A stretch of 64,000 bases of DNA from positions 2,863 through 66,862 of the IMG/VR virus record IMGVR_UViG_3300028283_000005. One strand, given 5' to 3'. The stretch comes from a virus. Under the pieces are notes generated by a model. That model searched no databases, was not told the origin of the DNA, and saw only the letters and a program-made list of their open reading frames with translations. The first letter of the stretch is position 1. Each line of letters starts with the position of its first letter. Made by a program: the position numbers and the translations under genes. This document shows, piece by piece, positions 1-12,900 of this stretch.

Positions 1-181
1 TTGTAGTGGTTGTTGTAGTTGGAGCTATAGTGGTTGTTGTTGTTGTAGGAACAATTGTCGTAGTTGACGTAGTTGTTATACCTATTTTGGAAGCAATTCC
101 CTGAAGTTTCTTGATTTCCTTTAATATTTCATAAAGCAAATTAGCTTCATTACTCCATCCGATTTGTTTAGAAATTGACAT
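1..181 (-). CDS. Partial Thr-rich late protein running off the window (MSISKQIGWSNEANLLYEILKEIKKLQ...TTTSTTTIVPTTTTTTIAPTTTTTT)
   Basis: Manual translation from ATG at 181-179; frame open to base 1; promoter immediately upstream; not in the ORF track. Confidence 0.75.
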   Translation of the reverse strand, partial: MSISKQIGWSNEANLLYEILKEIKKLQGIASKIGITTTSTTTIVPTTTTTTIAPTTTTTT

Positions 182-215
182 ATCTTATCTCTTTAGTAAT
201 AGTTATTACTCTACA

Positions 216-245
216 CAAATATACGATTATATTGAACGAATTCAA
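216..245 (-). promoter_or_regulatory. Bacteroidota sigma70-type promoter (TTG-N19-TATATTTG)
   Basis: Minus strand TATATTTG at 223-216 and TTG at 245-243, 19-nt spacer; matches the TAnnTTTG -7/-33 consensus. Confidence 0.7.
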
Positions 246-285
246 TAGCATTATTTTATAGATTTTGATATAATATAGCTAAAAG

Positions 286-3200
286 CTATCTATTTGCTTC
301 CTTGGGAATTGTAACATCATATTCTTTGGCAAAATCAGTATTCAGAATTGCTCCATAAGTAAATACTGATTTACTTATAGGGAACATTTTACCTAAATAT
401 TTTATAGGTTGTGCTTTCTTATAAACCTCTTCTTGTGTTAAATCACGATTAGATAAATCTAACCCTGTTGTTTCCATAAAGAAATGAGTGACAAATTTTT
501 CTATATCATTGAAAATACCAATTGCAGGAAACATTCCTCCACTAAGCAGTCTCTGAAATTCAAGAGGATTATAGAAAAATGAGAGCTCCTGTACAAACTT
601 ATCAATTGTCTTCTGTGCATATCTGAAGAAATTTTTGGTAGCCTTATCTGCATCATCAGGAGGCTTCATGAATCCCATAACTAAGCCTGCTCCAACTAAT
701 GACATGAGAATGGCAATCTCTTTCATTTGATTTCTTAAATTGGTTCTCACCATATCTATGAAATCTTCTCTACTCATGGTTAAATCCTTTCCTGTTCTTT
801 CTTTATATTGCTTTGTATACTTTATAAAAAGTTCATCCAGTTTCTCCATACCATGTTCTTTAGCATAGAGGACGTTGGTGATGTCCTGAATACTCTTTAT
901 AAGATTAAATCCCATAAATCCCCACCAAAGTCTCACTCTACCTATATCATATTTTTCTCCTTCTGTAGTTCCATCTTCTCCTACGATTACTGAGAAGTCA
1001 TCACTCACTTGTTGAAAGTGATCAAATCTTGTGGCAAGCAGTTTAGGAATCCAACTCTTAAACACCATCATTGAATTAAGCCATATGCTCATGGATGCCT
1101 GATTTCTATCACTATCTGATACACCTCCTGTTGCTTTTCTTGATATTCTTCGTGTTAAACGAGTAAGTCTGTTAAGTTCATTATGATCACTCATATCCAA
1201 TCCGGGAATATTTAATTTTCCATCTACAAGAGAGACAGTAGCTGATATAGATGATGTTTTTTTAAGATCTTCTATTTCCTTCTTTATAGTATCCTGTGCT
1301 TGTACATAGGCTCTACCTTGATCATCTTTTCCTTTATATTGATTTCTCACATGCTCAGGAATGCTCACAATTTTTCCATCAACTATCATCATGTTATCTA
1401 ACAAGGAAAGAAACACAGATTTCTCAAGACATTGCTCAGGAAATCTCATAAATACCATTAGAGTATCAATAAAGCTTCCTCTTGTAAATGGAGATAGGCC
1501 AGCCTTCTTCATTTCTTCATATGAAGGATCATCCTTCATAGGCATGAATCTATCTATAAGTTGAATAAAGATTTCTCTTTCATCATCATTTGCAAACTTA
1601 TTCTGTACAAGCTTCATTGCATTCCTATCTATTTCAGAAGACTTGAAATAATTACCAGCTTGTGTTGCCACCTGTATTCTGCCACCGAAGGCATTAACCA
1701 ACCCAGAGATAGCTTCAAATCCAAGAGTTTTTAATTGGAATGCTCTGTTTGCAGCATCTATGGTCTTCACCATGGAAATAGCGCTTGGATTTTCATTTAT
1801 CTTATAAACTTCTTTTCCTGCCATTTTATTAATGAGACCCTTCATCTGATTGATGAGGTTTGCGTTTATTGCTACATCTGTATCTGAAACAGGATATTTC
1901 TCTTCATAGAATATTCCTCGCATGAATTTATCAAACAATTCAGCATTCTCATCATTTCCTTTTTCTGTTACAGGTTCTCCATTCTCTATTGCAAGGGTAT
2001 TAGCAGCTGTTGTAACAAGATGTTTCTTTCCAGCTTCTATATCTTTGATAAGTTTAATTTGATCTTCTACTTTTGTGAGATAGGTATACTTTTGAAGATG
2101 TGTGATATAGGCAATCATATTTTTAAAAAGATCTTCACTCAAATCAGAAGTATCTCTTTTTCCATCCTCTAAGGTAAAATCATATGTAAAGTATCTTGGG
2201 ATACTATGCTCAATTTGTTCACTAAGCTCATTCACACTTCCATATCCTGTAGTAGAAGGATTGATTGAGAAAGATTCTCCCCAATTCTTTATAGCAGAAA
2301 TATCAAAATCCCAAGCAAAACTTTCTGCCATTGTTTTTCTGACAAATGGGAGGAAAAAGGATGACTTGTTCTTATTATCAATATAACCAACATCCTTCGC
2401 ATGATCGTTAGTCTTTACAATAAATTCATAAAGTTCAAGTAGGTCAGCATCTTTTGCAATATTCTTATATTCTTCAGAGAGCCATTTCTCAAGAGGGTGT
2501 CTTTTGATGATGTAATTGTTCCATCCATAGAAATCTTTTCTGTCAATATCAAACATTCTTCTCTCATCAGTAATGAGCTTGTGTATGAGTTTTTCATTCT
2601 CGGTAAGACTTTTATCGCTATCCAGTTTATCTTCAATGGATTGTTCAGTTATCTTCTCATCAACCGTACTATGCTTTTTTATTATCCATTCTATTCTTCT
2701 CTTAAGAGTTTCTTTTACCTCTTTTTTATAAGCTTCATAATCTATATTCTCTTTTATCCATTTCTTGTTTCTTCTTCCCTCTACAGCATTATCATCTACC
2801 TGTGTGAAGAACTCTTTTGAATATCTATATACAAGCTTGTTGATAAGTTTATTCTTGTCATCTCTTTGATAAATTTGTTTTATGATATCTCTTAGATTTC
2901 CTTTTGCTTTTAGTTTCTCTCTAATTACTATAAGTTTCTCCACCTCTTCAAATGCTGTTCTTGATGCTGTCATTTTGGCATTAGTGGTAAGTGTGTAGAG
3001 AATTCGTAAAGCTGCAGTGGGTAGATCAGACACACCTTTGAATGTAGCTGCCAATCCTTTTACAACCTTTTCAGGAAGGAGAAGATCAATCACCCTATTT
3101 GCCCAACCAATATATTTATTAGCAAACTCCCCAGATAATTCTTCTATTTCATTGAGGGATCTATTGATATTATCCTGTTCTGTTCTTATATCAGAAAGAT

Positions 3201-6200
3201 GTTGTTTTCTTTCAGCTACCTCTTCTTTTTCTTCATCTGTTTTAGCACTTTTAATCATCTTCTCATTATAAATAAGATGACCAACAGATACGGTGATATT
3301 AGAGAATACTTTGGCAATTGCTATATATTCTCGCATATCTGAAGCCATTTTACTTTTAACTTCTTCAGTAAGTTCTGGAGAATTAGCAGATCTATCTTTA
3401 AAGTTAAGAGTATAATCATCAATGATAATCTGCCCCTCTTTAGCAATTTCCTTAATTACATCTATCAAGGGAGCAAGCTCTTGTTGTATTTGCATACTCC
3501 TGATTGCTTGATTGAGAATATTAAGTCGTCTGGTTTTATATTGTTTTGCTTCCTCTCCTGTTACTTTATTAGATCCTATTTGTTCAGCTACATTATTAAG
3601 TTTTTCAATAAGTTTATCAAGAGGTTTATATGCTTTATCCTCAAGTATACTTTCTATACTTTCTGATCTCTCAGCTATAGGAAGAAGTGTTAGTGTTTCA
3701 ATATTATCAGGATTAACACTTCCTATGTTTATTCCAGAGATATGGAGAAGGCTATCTTTTTTCTTAGCATCTATTCTCTCCATCTTCATAAGAATAGGAA
3801 TAGCTCGTATCATTCCCATTTCTTTTACTCCATATACATCTTTCAATATTTCTTTATATCTACCAAGCTGAATGTTAAAAGCTCCTTTTTTAAACCAAGC
3901 AATGTCTGTGGCTCCGGCAGCAAGATTCATAAACTTCCAATCAAGTACATGAGCTTTTCCACTTTCATCAATGATTAATAAGTCAAGGGTACCAGCTTCT
4001 TTTTTTATAGGATCATATATCTTCACTTCAGAGAAGACAAGAGGACTTTTATCATTTGTAAATCTACTCTTCATTAAATTGACAAAATATCTTTCCAGTT
4101 TCATAAACACCTGTTCATCAATATCATTATCAATAACAGGTCTTTCTCCCACTTTATCTAACTTGGTGCCATCAGAATTAAAATACATTCCATGGATAAG
4201 TTTAAAGAAATTATGATATTTAACACCAGCATCTCGTTTTATCTCATTGAGTTCTTTCTCTTCTTTTGTAAACTCTTTATGAGGAAATGTCTTTGCATAG
4301 AATTCCTTCACCCTGTCTGTAACCCTTTTCTTGATTCTTTCCCATGTACCATCAGGAAGCAAAAGTTCATACCAATTGTTAGCTTCTTCTGTATCACGTA
4401 GTATAGCATCTACTTCTTCTTTTGCCTCTACATTTCTTATTCTCTGTTGTGTTTCAAGAATAGCCTGTTGTATTTTCTTTTGTTTGTTAGAAAGAGGAGC
4501 AAGACCAAGAATTTCATTAGAAGAATTTTCATTTAATTCTCCCTTTCCTTCCTCAATGAAATTTAATGTCTTGTCATAAATAGACTTCAATGATGTGTAT
4601 TTAGGAAGAAGAACTTTTAAGTAATCCCATACTTTGTCTATAATTTTTGCAAGAGTAGTTCTTTTTTCTTCAGTTGTCCACCCTAATACTTTCTTTTGAA
4701 TTTGCATTCTTACATATTCATGAACATAATCATGAGGATTCATTTTAGATGTATCAACCTCATTAATATCGTGGTAATAAGTTTGCAAAATTTTCAATTT
4801 ATCTTCATCAGAAAGTTCTCTATATGCTTTTTCTTCTTCTTCTTGAGTAGAAAGTCTTATAGATGTCATATGAATAAGTTCCTCAGATATCATAGTATCT
4901 AATAAATCTTGTTCATTCCCATCTTTAGCATTGTCAAATAAATGATTTATAAAGGAACTATTTTCATTTATATTAATATAAATAGTATCCTTTCCTGCCA
5001 TTAAAGGTGATTTTGTTGGAAGGGAAACAATGGTAAATCTATCCAATCCAAGATGGGTGGCAAGTCCTCTATTGAATATGTTTCCATATGTAGATCGGGT
5101 AAGACTAATGAACATATCTCTGAATAATTGTGCCCTTTCCATATCAGAAAGGGAATGTCGCATTTCATACATTTTTCTGAGAGAACTCCAATTAACTTCT
5201 CCGAGTATGGAACTATCAGAGTAGTATCCCACGCTGTTGTATATCTGTCTATTAGATATAAAGGAATCTTTATTAGTTGTTTCGCTCCATAATACTCTAA
5301 ACTTTGCTGGAATGTTAATTCCTTCTCCTCTTGTGTAAGTTTTTTCTGGTTGAACTTTGGAAAACTCATTTGATAGATATATTTGGTTTTGTTTTACATT
5401 TTCTACTATTCCTAATTCTTCATTCATTACTATTTTAGCAGCTTCGTCAAAAATAGAAATATTGGAAGCCTTATATTGCCCCCTGAACCAATCAAGAATC
5501 TTCTGCCACCACACTTGAATAACAGACTTGTTAGTTTCATCCATCAGATCAGGGAATTCTGTGGAGCCTTCATTTCCCTTGATGATTAGCTCTGTAATAA
5601 GTTTGTCAACAGCTTCTTTCTTTATCTTGCGAATATCTGGTTTTCCATCTTTTGTCTGATAATTAACATCGTCCTTATAAGCATTTAATGTTTGTTTATA
5701 AATTCCAAATCTTTCAATTTTACTTATCATTTCTGCAATAAGAATAGGATTCTTCTGCTCAAGAATTGCTGTGGCAACATGTACCATTTCCTCTGTAAGA
5801 GCAACATCTTCCTTGCCTTCTGCAACAGCAATAATTCCTTTTACGATATCAGCAAGGGCATTTACTCCCTTGGCTTCTACATTTGGATTTTCTTTAAGGT
5901 AATCAGAGAGGGATTGTAAATTCACACCCATCTTCTTAATCACCTCTTTTACTTTTATAAGAGTATCTTCTGATGATTTAGATGCATTAAGAGATTCTGA
6001 TTGAAAACGTATCTCTTCATCTGAAACAGGATTGGAAAATGATTTGACTTTTTCACTAAGTTTCTGTATCTTTGCTTTTAGGTTCTCAAGTGCGAAAATG
6101 GACGGGGTTACCCCACTCTTTTTGGAGGTAGATGCCACACGCTGAGACTCTATAAAGCTTTCAATATCTTTAAGATATTCGAGAGCTTTACTTTTTTGTG

Positions 6201-6981
6201 CATACTTCAGATTATTTTTATTTAATAGAGTATCTATATATTGATGTAAATATCCTATTCCTTTTAAAGAATATATACTACGAATGGAATTCACTTCTTG
6301 TCTTCCTAGTCTATCTTTTAAGGAAATAGCAACAAGTATTTTACCCTTTCCATCTCTTGGAGTTAAATACGTCCATACAGCTACATTTCCTGAATGTATA
6401 TTATCATTTGATACAAATACAGGATTATGAATAGCCTCCATTAAATCATATAAATCCAATTTTTGTATTTCTGGATGTTTTGAAGAAATAAAATTCTCAA
6501 AAAAGTCTTTACTTAATATGATAGGTAAATCAGGAAATCCCATCTTCTGAAGAATTCCAGAAGGTCGTCCTAAGTCAAAGATGTGATCTTTGCTAAGTTT
6601 ACCTTTTACCCATTCAACTACTTCCTGCTTGAATATCGTTTTAAATTTTGAAAGTTCTGATAAAGGTTGTTGAAAGAATAAGTACTTATCTGTATATTCT
6701 ATTCCTGCTCTTTCAGCATCCTCCCTCTGAACATCTCTTGCTTCATTCTCTTCCTTAATTTTTTCACTATCAAAATACTCATCAATAAGAGATTTAGGAA
6801 TTTCAATATCTCTGGTAATATAATCTCCCTGTAGATAAAAGGACACTACATTTTCTCCAAATTCTACATTAATCTCTTTAGCAAGCTTATTAGCATTACT
6901 ACTTGACATTGATAATCCGGGAAGAGTACGAACTTCTACGATGTTTGTAATCCTACTTTTTATTTCGATTTTACAAGGCAT
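286..6981 (-). CDS. Giant virion-associated polyvalent protein: N-terminal BECR/MuF-C-like domain, two zincin-like EExxH modules, PD-(D/E)xK nuclease-like domain, helical C-terminus
   Basis: 2231 aa next to the vRNAP; LGRPSGILQKMGFPDLPI...EVNSIRSIY; TEEMVH and SEELIH; SEVKIYD..AGTLDLLII..VLDWK..QLGRY. Confidence 0.7.
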   Translation of the reverse strand: MPCKIEIKSRITNIVEVRTLPGLSMSSSNANKLAKEINVEFGENVVSFYLQGDYITRDIEIPKSLIDEYFDSEKIKEENEARDVQREDAERAGIEYTDKYLFFQQPLSELSKFKTIFKQEVVEWVKGKLSKDHIFDLGRPSGILQKMGFPDLPIILSKDFFENFISSKHPEIQKLDLYDLMEAIHNPVFVSNDNIHSGNVAVWTYLTPRDGKGKILVAISLKDRLGRQEVNSIRSIYSLKGIGYLHQYIDTLLNKNNLKYAQKSKALEYLKDIESFIESQRVASTSKKSGVTPSIFALENLKAKIQKLSEKVKSFSNPVSDEEIRFQSESLNASKSSEDTLIKVKEVIKKMGVNLQSLSDYLKENPNVEAKGVNALADIVKGIIAVAEGKEDVALTEEMVHVATAILEQKNPILIAEMISKIERFGIYKQTLNAYKDDVNYQTKDGKPDIRKIKKEAVDKLITELIIKGNEGSTEFPDLMDETNKSVIQVWWQKILDWFRGQYKASNISIFDEAAKIVMNEELGIVENVKQNQIYLSNEFSKVQPEKTYTRGEGINIPAKFRVLWSETTNKDSFISNRQIYNSVGYYSDSSILGEVNWSSLRKMYEMRHSLSDMERAQLFRDMFISLTRSTYGNIFNRGLATHLGLDRFTIVSLPTKSPLMAGKDTIYININENSSFINHLFDNAKDGNEQDLLDTMISEELIHMTSIRLSTQEEEEKAYRELSDEDKLKILQTYYHDINEVDTSKMNPHDYVHEYVRMQIQKKVLGWTTEEKRTTLAKIIDKVWDYLKVLLPKYTSLKSIYDKTLNFIEEGKGELNENSSNEILGLAPLSNKQKKIQQAILETQQRIRNVEAKEEVDAILRDTEEANNWYELLLPDGTWERIKKRVTDRVKEFYAKTFPHKEFTKEEKELNEIKRDAGVKYHNFFKLIHGMYFNSDGTKLDKVGERPVIDNDIDEQVFMKLERYFVNLMKSRFTNDKSPLVFSEVKIYDPIKKEAGTLDLLIIDESGKAHVLDWKFMNLAAGATDIAWFKKGAFNIQLGRYKEILKDVYGVKEMGMIRAIPILMKMERIDAKKKDSLLHISGINIGSVNPDNIETLTLLPIAERSESIESILEDKAYKPLDKLIEKLNNVAEQIGSNKVTGEEAKQYKTRRLNILNQAIRSMQIQQELAPLIDVIKEIAKEGQIIIDDYTLNFKDRSANSPELTEEVKSKMASDMREYIAIAKVFSNITVSVGHLIYNEKMIKSAKTDEEKEEVAERKQHLSDIRTEQDNINRSLNEIEELSGEFANKYIGWANRVIDLLLPEKVVKGLAATFKGVSDLPTAALRILYTLTTNAKMTASRTAFEEVEKLIVIREKLKAKGNLRDIIKQIYQRDDKNKLINKLVYRYSKEFFTQVDDNAVEGRRNKKWIKENIDYEAYKKEVKETLKRRIEWIIKKHSTVDEKITEQSIEDKLDSDKSLTENEKLIHKLITDERRMFDIDRKDFYGWNNYIIKRHPLEKWLSEEYKNIAKDADLLELYEFIVKTNDHAKDVGYIDNKNKSSFFLPFVRKTMAESFAWDFDISAIKNWGESFSINPSTTGYGSVNELSEQIEHSIPRYFTYDFTLEDGKRDTSDLSEDLFKNMIAYITHLQKYTYLTKVEDQIKLIKDIEAGKKHLVTTAANTLAIENGEPVTEKGNDENAELFDKFMRGIFYEEKYPVSDTDVAINANLINQMKGLINKMAGKEVYKINENPSAISMVKTIDAANRAFQLKTLGFEAISGLVNAFGGRIQVATQAGNYFKSSEIDRNAMKLVQNKFANDDEREIFIQLIDRFMPMKDDPSYEEMKKAGLSPFTRGSFIDTLMVFMRFPEQCLEKSVFLSLLDNMMIVDGKIVSIPEHVRNQYKGKDDQGRAYVQAQDTIKKEIEDLKKTSSISATVSLVDGKLNIPGLDMSDHNELNRLTRLTRRISRKATGGVSDSDRNQASMSIWLNSMMVFKSWIPKLLATRFDHFQQVSDDFSVIVGEDGTTEGEKYDIGRVRLWWGFMGFNLIKSIQDITNVLYAKEHGMEKLDELFIKYTKQYKERTGKDLTMSREDFIDMVRTNLRNQMKEIAILMSLVGAGLVMGFMKPPDDADKATKNFFRYAQKTIDKFVQELSFFYNPLEFQRLLSGGMFPAIGIFNDIEKFVTHFFMETTGLDLSNRDLTQEEVYKKAQPIKYLGKMFPISKSVFTYGAILNTDFAKEYDVTIPKEANR
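1816..1939 (-). repeat. Copy A of a perfect 124-bp inverted repeat (partner at 57440-57563)
   Basis: Reverse complement of 1816-1939 matched 57440-57563 base for base by manual alignment. Confidence 0.92.
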
Positions 6982-6984
6982 TGT

Positions 6985-9900
6985 CTAGCATTTTTTTGAT
7001 GTTCTACCTATATCTGGTTTTCCATTAGGTGCATTTGTATTATCTTTCTTTTTATTTGTATCTCTCTCGTTTACCATCTTAGCAATAGGAGATTTTTTAG
7101 AGTACTCTTCATCAATAGCAGCTGTGGATAAATATCCTCCTCCTCTTTTCCTTGCTTTCTTTACATTAGGTTGTAAAAATAGTGAAATTATGTCAGCGTC
7201 ATCTACATTCTTTGGATTTTCTAATCCGTTATCTATAATAGATTGATTTTCTGTATTATAAAACTCATTTGCTCTGCTTCCATCTCCCCAAGCACTAATT
7301 GCTTTATACACTACATAGAACTTCTTCTTGTATTCTGTCATCAAGGGTTTGTTCTCTTCATTTACCACTTGTTGAAAGAGAGCTTTTTTCATATAGGAGA
7401 AGTCACTTTTTTTTCTCATCTCCTCTTGAATAGCAAATATCCTTGTTAGTTTATAGACTTTTCCACTATTAATATCATTCCAATCTTTTTCTGTAAGAAG
7501 TTCATCCATTAAGTTCCATGTATAGAAAATATATTTCTCACTTGATTCTTTGTTTGCTAAAGGAATTGTTGTGAGAGGAGGAATAACTTCTTTTGCTATA
7601 GCATCTTTTACTGCGGAGTTATTAAAGAATGCCATAGATATATTGTACATTTTTGTGTCTCTTGCTGTCTTAATCCAAAAAGCAGAAAGACGAGACACAA
7701 TATCATCATTATTCCAATTATTCCTATAGAATACACCAAGGTCTACAAAGGGTTGAAGATTAACCACCTCAAGTCTACTTAACGTTTTATTGTACACCTC
7801 TGCAAAATCTTCAAAAGGAATTACTGTGGTGTAAGAGATCGTAGAAGGGGAAAGACCACTCTGCAAAATAGCAACATTGATGAGTCCTCTATATATTTCA
7901 CTGTCTTCTCCAAGTGTATCACGTATTTCCCGAAAGGCGTAGATGATGTTATTCTGATCATATACCTTATTGTCAATTCCTCTGATCTTTATATTATTGA
8001 CAGCGTTCTCTGTGCCTTTTGGAGAAGGACTAATCTGGAGCGTATTAATAATATAATTATCGTGAAGAGGATGATTTTTATCTCTTTTAGCCTCATCAAC
8101 AAAATTAGCAATATCATCAACAATACCTTCATTAAATAATTCCTTGATATATTGATTAAATCCTCCATTTGTTTGTACAGCATAATCAAAGATATCAGCA
8201 GTTGCTTTCTTAGCAATCTTCAAAAAGTCATTATCACTCATATCTATATAGGGAAGAAGTACTTGCTGTAATATTCTTCTCACCTTTGTTTGATCTGATA
8301 TAAGAATCTTAGCAACAGCATTCCTTGCTGAACCTAATACTTTTGGGATACTACCAATGAATGAATGATCTAATAAACTCTGCGTATCACTAATCAATGT
8401 CTCATTGGCTTTCTTCATTTGCTGTTCTTTCTTCCATATAAGAAGAGGATCGTTAAATGTAGCAGTGTCATAATTGGTTGCCTGTGTGATATTGAAAAGA
8501 TGAGTTGCCATCTTAGCATACTTCAGAAACTCATCTAACATCTTCAATTGATCCTGAATTTCTTGCTTGGTAAGTGATTTATATTCTTTACCTACAAGTT
8601 TTTCAAGAGTACCTTTAGAGGGTATTGTAAAATTCCTTATCTCTGATGCTGCAATAGCTATTTGTTCTTCTGTAGCATAATCAGCTTTCACCTTATCAAC
8701 TATAGTACTATTAAATAGCCATACATATCCATGGCTCTCAATCTCTTTGAGATAATGGCGAATGAGAGGTTGGTTCATAAAATAGGCTATATCTTCAATA
8801 GGAACACCAATTTTTACCAAGAATAAGAATGTAGGGGCAACATTGGGTGCTGCGCCTAATTCCATAATCCAAGGTCCTTTGGAAATATCAACATATCCAT
8901 CAATAAACTGGGCAATGATATCAGATATGTGCTGTTCTGCAGCATTTACTATTTTGGAAAGAGTAGGAAGCATCTGATTTCCCACTTTAATTCTATTAAA
9001 CTTTGAAAATTTTACCCTGCCATCACCAAGCCATTCCTGATCCTCTGCCGATGTTCTTCCAAGTAAAGAAGGATCTATCACCATAGGTTGCCTTTGATTA
9101 AGGGAATGATTTGTCTGACTTACAGCAGCAATAGCAATAGCATGTTTACCAGAAACAAAAGCATGTCTAAGTCTCGACATAAAAGTTCTATCAAGCATAT
9201 TGTCAATTGCTTCATAATTAAAGGTCTCTCCATGAATCGCTTTGGCAATTTTCTCTCCTAATTCTTTTAACTGTTTAGCAGAATTTGGTTTAATTAGTTG
9301 GTCATAGTTCAAAGGATGAGAAATTAAAGCATCAGATGATTCTATATAGGCATTCTCAAGACTCTTTTTGTATATAGAATTTATAATCTTATTCTCAATT
9401 CCATCTTTTCTAATTTCATCAACAAACTCTTTTGTTAACGCTTCTTCAGTAAAGGCAGAAGAGAAGATGTCACGTATGAGTTTATTCTCTGGAGTATCAA
9501 TTATATTTCCTTCCTCATCAAATGTATTAGAAAAAAATTTACTTCTTACCTCATCGTTTTCCTCAGCAAGAAATCTATTAAGTTCTTTCCTTTGATTATC
9601 TGTAAGAAATTCTCCAGATTCATATACTTCTTTGATCTTATTTTTAGCTTCTTCTCCATATCCAAAGAAAGGAACTGCTTTTAATTCTCCCTTAGCATTC
9701 TTATAAATATTCTTTAAATAGATGGAGAGTTTATCAATATCAAAGTCAGCTCCCGATCTTCTTACAATTTCTGAAGGAACAACAACACTGTCCCCAAACT
9801 CTGTTGGAAGAAACTGCCTTATCTCAAATACATCAATAGAATTCTGCTTCTGTGTTGGAATACGAAAAGCTATTCCTCTGAGAATTCGTTTTCCTTCATC

Positions 9901-12900
9901 TGTAGTATTCAGATAATCAAGAAGTGCCTTATCACTCATATCACTCTTAAACCATCTTTTTACCATTATCTGACATACGTTCACTTTCTTTCCATCCTCT
10001 GTTCTTGAATAGAATTCGAGAGTATCTGATTGGTATCCTTTCTTTCCTACAATCTTTGTAATACCAAGTTTCTGCTGTTCAAAAAACGTAGAAGGTATTT
10101 GTACTTTTAATCCCCCGGGCATCTTTGGAGAAACAATAACTCTGTCAACAATTGAATAAAGAATATTTCTCACCTGTTGATATGCTGGTGTAGATTCAAG
10201 AAGAGAGGTTTCCTTTCCAAAAGAGTTGATAGCATCAATCAGATTATCATTCACCTCACGTTTTAATATCTCATCTTTAAGTGTGTTAAGAGTCATTGAG
10301 AAATCAGAGAAGTTGTATTCTTTATTTCCATTCTTATTAATAGTTTCCTTGATGCCAAGTTTATTAAGAAGAGTTTGATACCCATCTTCCATTAGAGCTT
10401 CGAGAAGGGTTTGATTATTCTTTATCTCTTTAAATAAAGAAGACTCTGCTTTCTTATCATCATCTGATAATAATGTCCATTTAGCATATCTATTCTCAAA
10501 TTTATCATTGGGAAGAAAGTCTATAGGTACACCAGCTTCCATAAAATCCATAGTGATAAGTTTGGTTACCTGCGATCCTCTTGTTACATTATCTCCTTCT
10601 TTAGCAGGCACTTCTGTCTGAAGACTCATTATGGAGAAAGGTATATTGATGATTCCTTTATATGGAGAGGTAACAAAATTTCCTTTTGCATCATAAACAT
10701 TATTTGTCTCTTCTGCTCCTACCTTTCTTGCTGAATTGAATATAACATAATCTAAATCTTCCTTTTGCATTTTGTCATAAAGGGAAAGACTGTTGGATGT
10801 TTCTTTTCCTCCATTGATATTAATATCAGATATTACACGATAGGAGAGAGGATAGAGAGCATATTTGTCAAGTACTATATCATTATAGTCCTTATCGTTA
10901 GCTTTATTTCCTGAAACAATAGGTTTAAGCGGTGTGTATGCACTTTGGACTTTAGGATTCCCTTTATCAAGAATGGACTGTTCTTCCTGAGTAAGAGCTA
11001 TGTTTTTATGCTGCTTCTCCCAAGCAATATCATACCTGAACTGGCTTTCTTCCCTATCATTCCAATTGCTTGCACGAATTCTGAAATTCCTATACGCCTT
11101 AAAAGTAATTATACCTGAACCATCTGTTTCTTCATAAGGATCATATCCCGGGAGGTTACTAATTGCAATAACATCAGTAAGAGTTGCTGTTTTAAAATAA
11201 TCACGAATAAAGTCTGTATGTCCTATATCCTTTTTATTAAATCCCTTATTCCAAACATTATTAAGAACTGTGTTCATAGATAATGATCCAGAGATAATAG
11301 ATTGACGAGGAGAGATAAAACTCTTGATGCGTTTCAACTCATCATTATATTGATAGGGATCTGAATATAAGACTTTATGCATTTCTATATTGGCTATCAT
11401 ATAATTGATAGTGAGAACAGTGAGTTCATTAGTGAGACTGTCTCTCTTCATGTGAACAGGAAGATCTATATTCTTTAGAGTAAATCCTTTTTCATCTTCC
11501 TCAAGAATATTCAAATAAGTTAATATTCTTTCAGTTTTATCTGTTGCTTGTTTTATGTATTTCTCAATAGCCTTATTTATCTCTTCTTTATTCTCCTCAT
11601 ATACTTCTCTACTTGTTCCCTCTTGAGATAGTATAGTGGTGTAGAGTTTCTTTGAATGAGCCTCAAGAATTTCTTTGAAGAATCTCATCTCTTTGGAAAG
11701 TTCTTTTCTCTTTTTAGTAACACCTTTTCTATCTTCTCTCGCTAAATTAAGTTCACTAATAAAATATTCACCAAAGATTTTATGAACATCGTTAAATCCT
11801 TTTCTTAAAGAAGTTGTGGAAATAGGATTACCCATTTGAACCATCCACTCTATTGAGGCATCTCCGGGGATAAGATTAAGGAACCATCCTTTTAGATTCA
11901 GATTAAGTTCTTGAATAAGTCTTTCCATATAGGTAAGTCTGGAGGCTTCTTTACTCTTTCCACTCTTGCTATACATAATCCCTCCTGCATATCCTGTCTT
12001 GAGTAATTCTTTTTCCAATGAACGTCTATCTCCTTCTTCGTCAAATAGTCGTTTCATTAGATTAGACCCTTGAGCAAAAGAGTCAGTGAGAAGATATTCA
12101 TATTGTGTTCCTCTTAGTTCACTTGTATTTTTTATACTGGAGAGAACATCGTATAGATTACTTGCAGCATTAGGGCCAATATAAGACTGCATTCTTTCTC
12201 CAACAATGTTGAAGAAGGCACTATCAAAGGTAGGATTGCTTGCTATTGATTTAGCAAGTCCCAATTCAAGAAGTCTTCCTTTTATATCTAATGCCTTTCC
12301 TCCAAAAGTTACAATTTCTTCAGAATTTATAATACTGCTTCTTATTCCTCCCACTGCTTCTTTAAAGGTAGAATATATGTTTGGATGATTAATTCTTAAA
12401 TAATTAAGCTCTTTTCCTGTAAACGCCATACCTAATTTTCCAAGAAAACTTAGAATTGCTTGTGGACTATCGAGAAGAACTCCTCTCATAGAAACAGGAT
12501 CACCAATAAACTTTTTAGATTTCTTGTCCCATTTAAAGAAACCTTTTCCTTCTTTAGCTTTTAATACAATGTTCTTTTCATAATCATCCCTGAATTGCAT
12601 GGCTGCTGTGGATAAACTTGCTTCACCTACTACCACTTCACCATTGTCAAGAACAAAGATGTTTTGTACACTTGGATTTTGTTTCTTAAATGTATTCCAG
12701 AAAGCATTAAGCAATTGAGAAGCATGTGTAGTATTGATCTTTTCAAAACTATGATTCCCGGGAGAATCAAATTCTGTTTTCATTAATCGTTTGTAGAGTA
12801 CTCTATAATTAGAATCATCCTTCGCCATCTGACGAAGTTTATCCATCATGTCATCAATGTTAATAGAATGAGAAAGTTTATTCCACAGGTTAATAACTGT

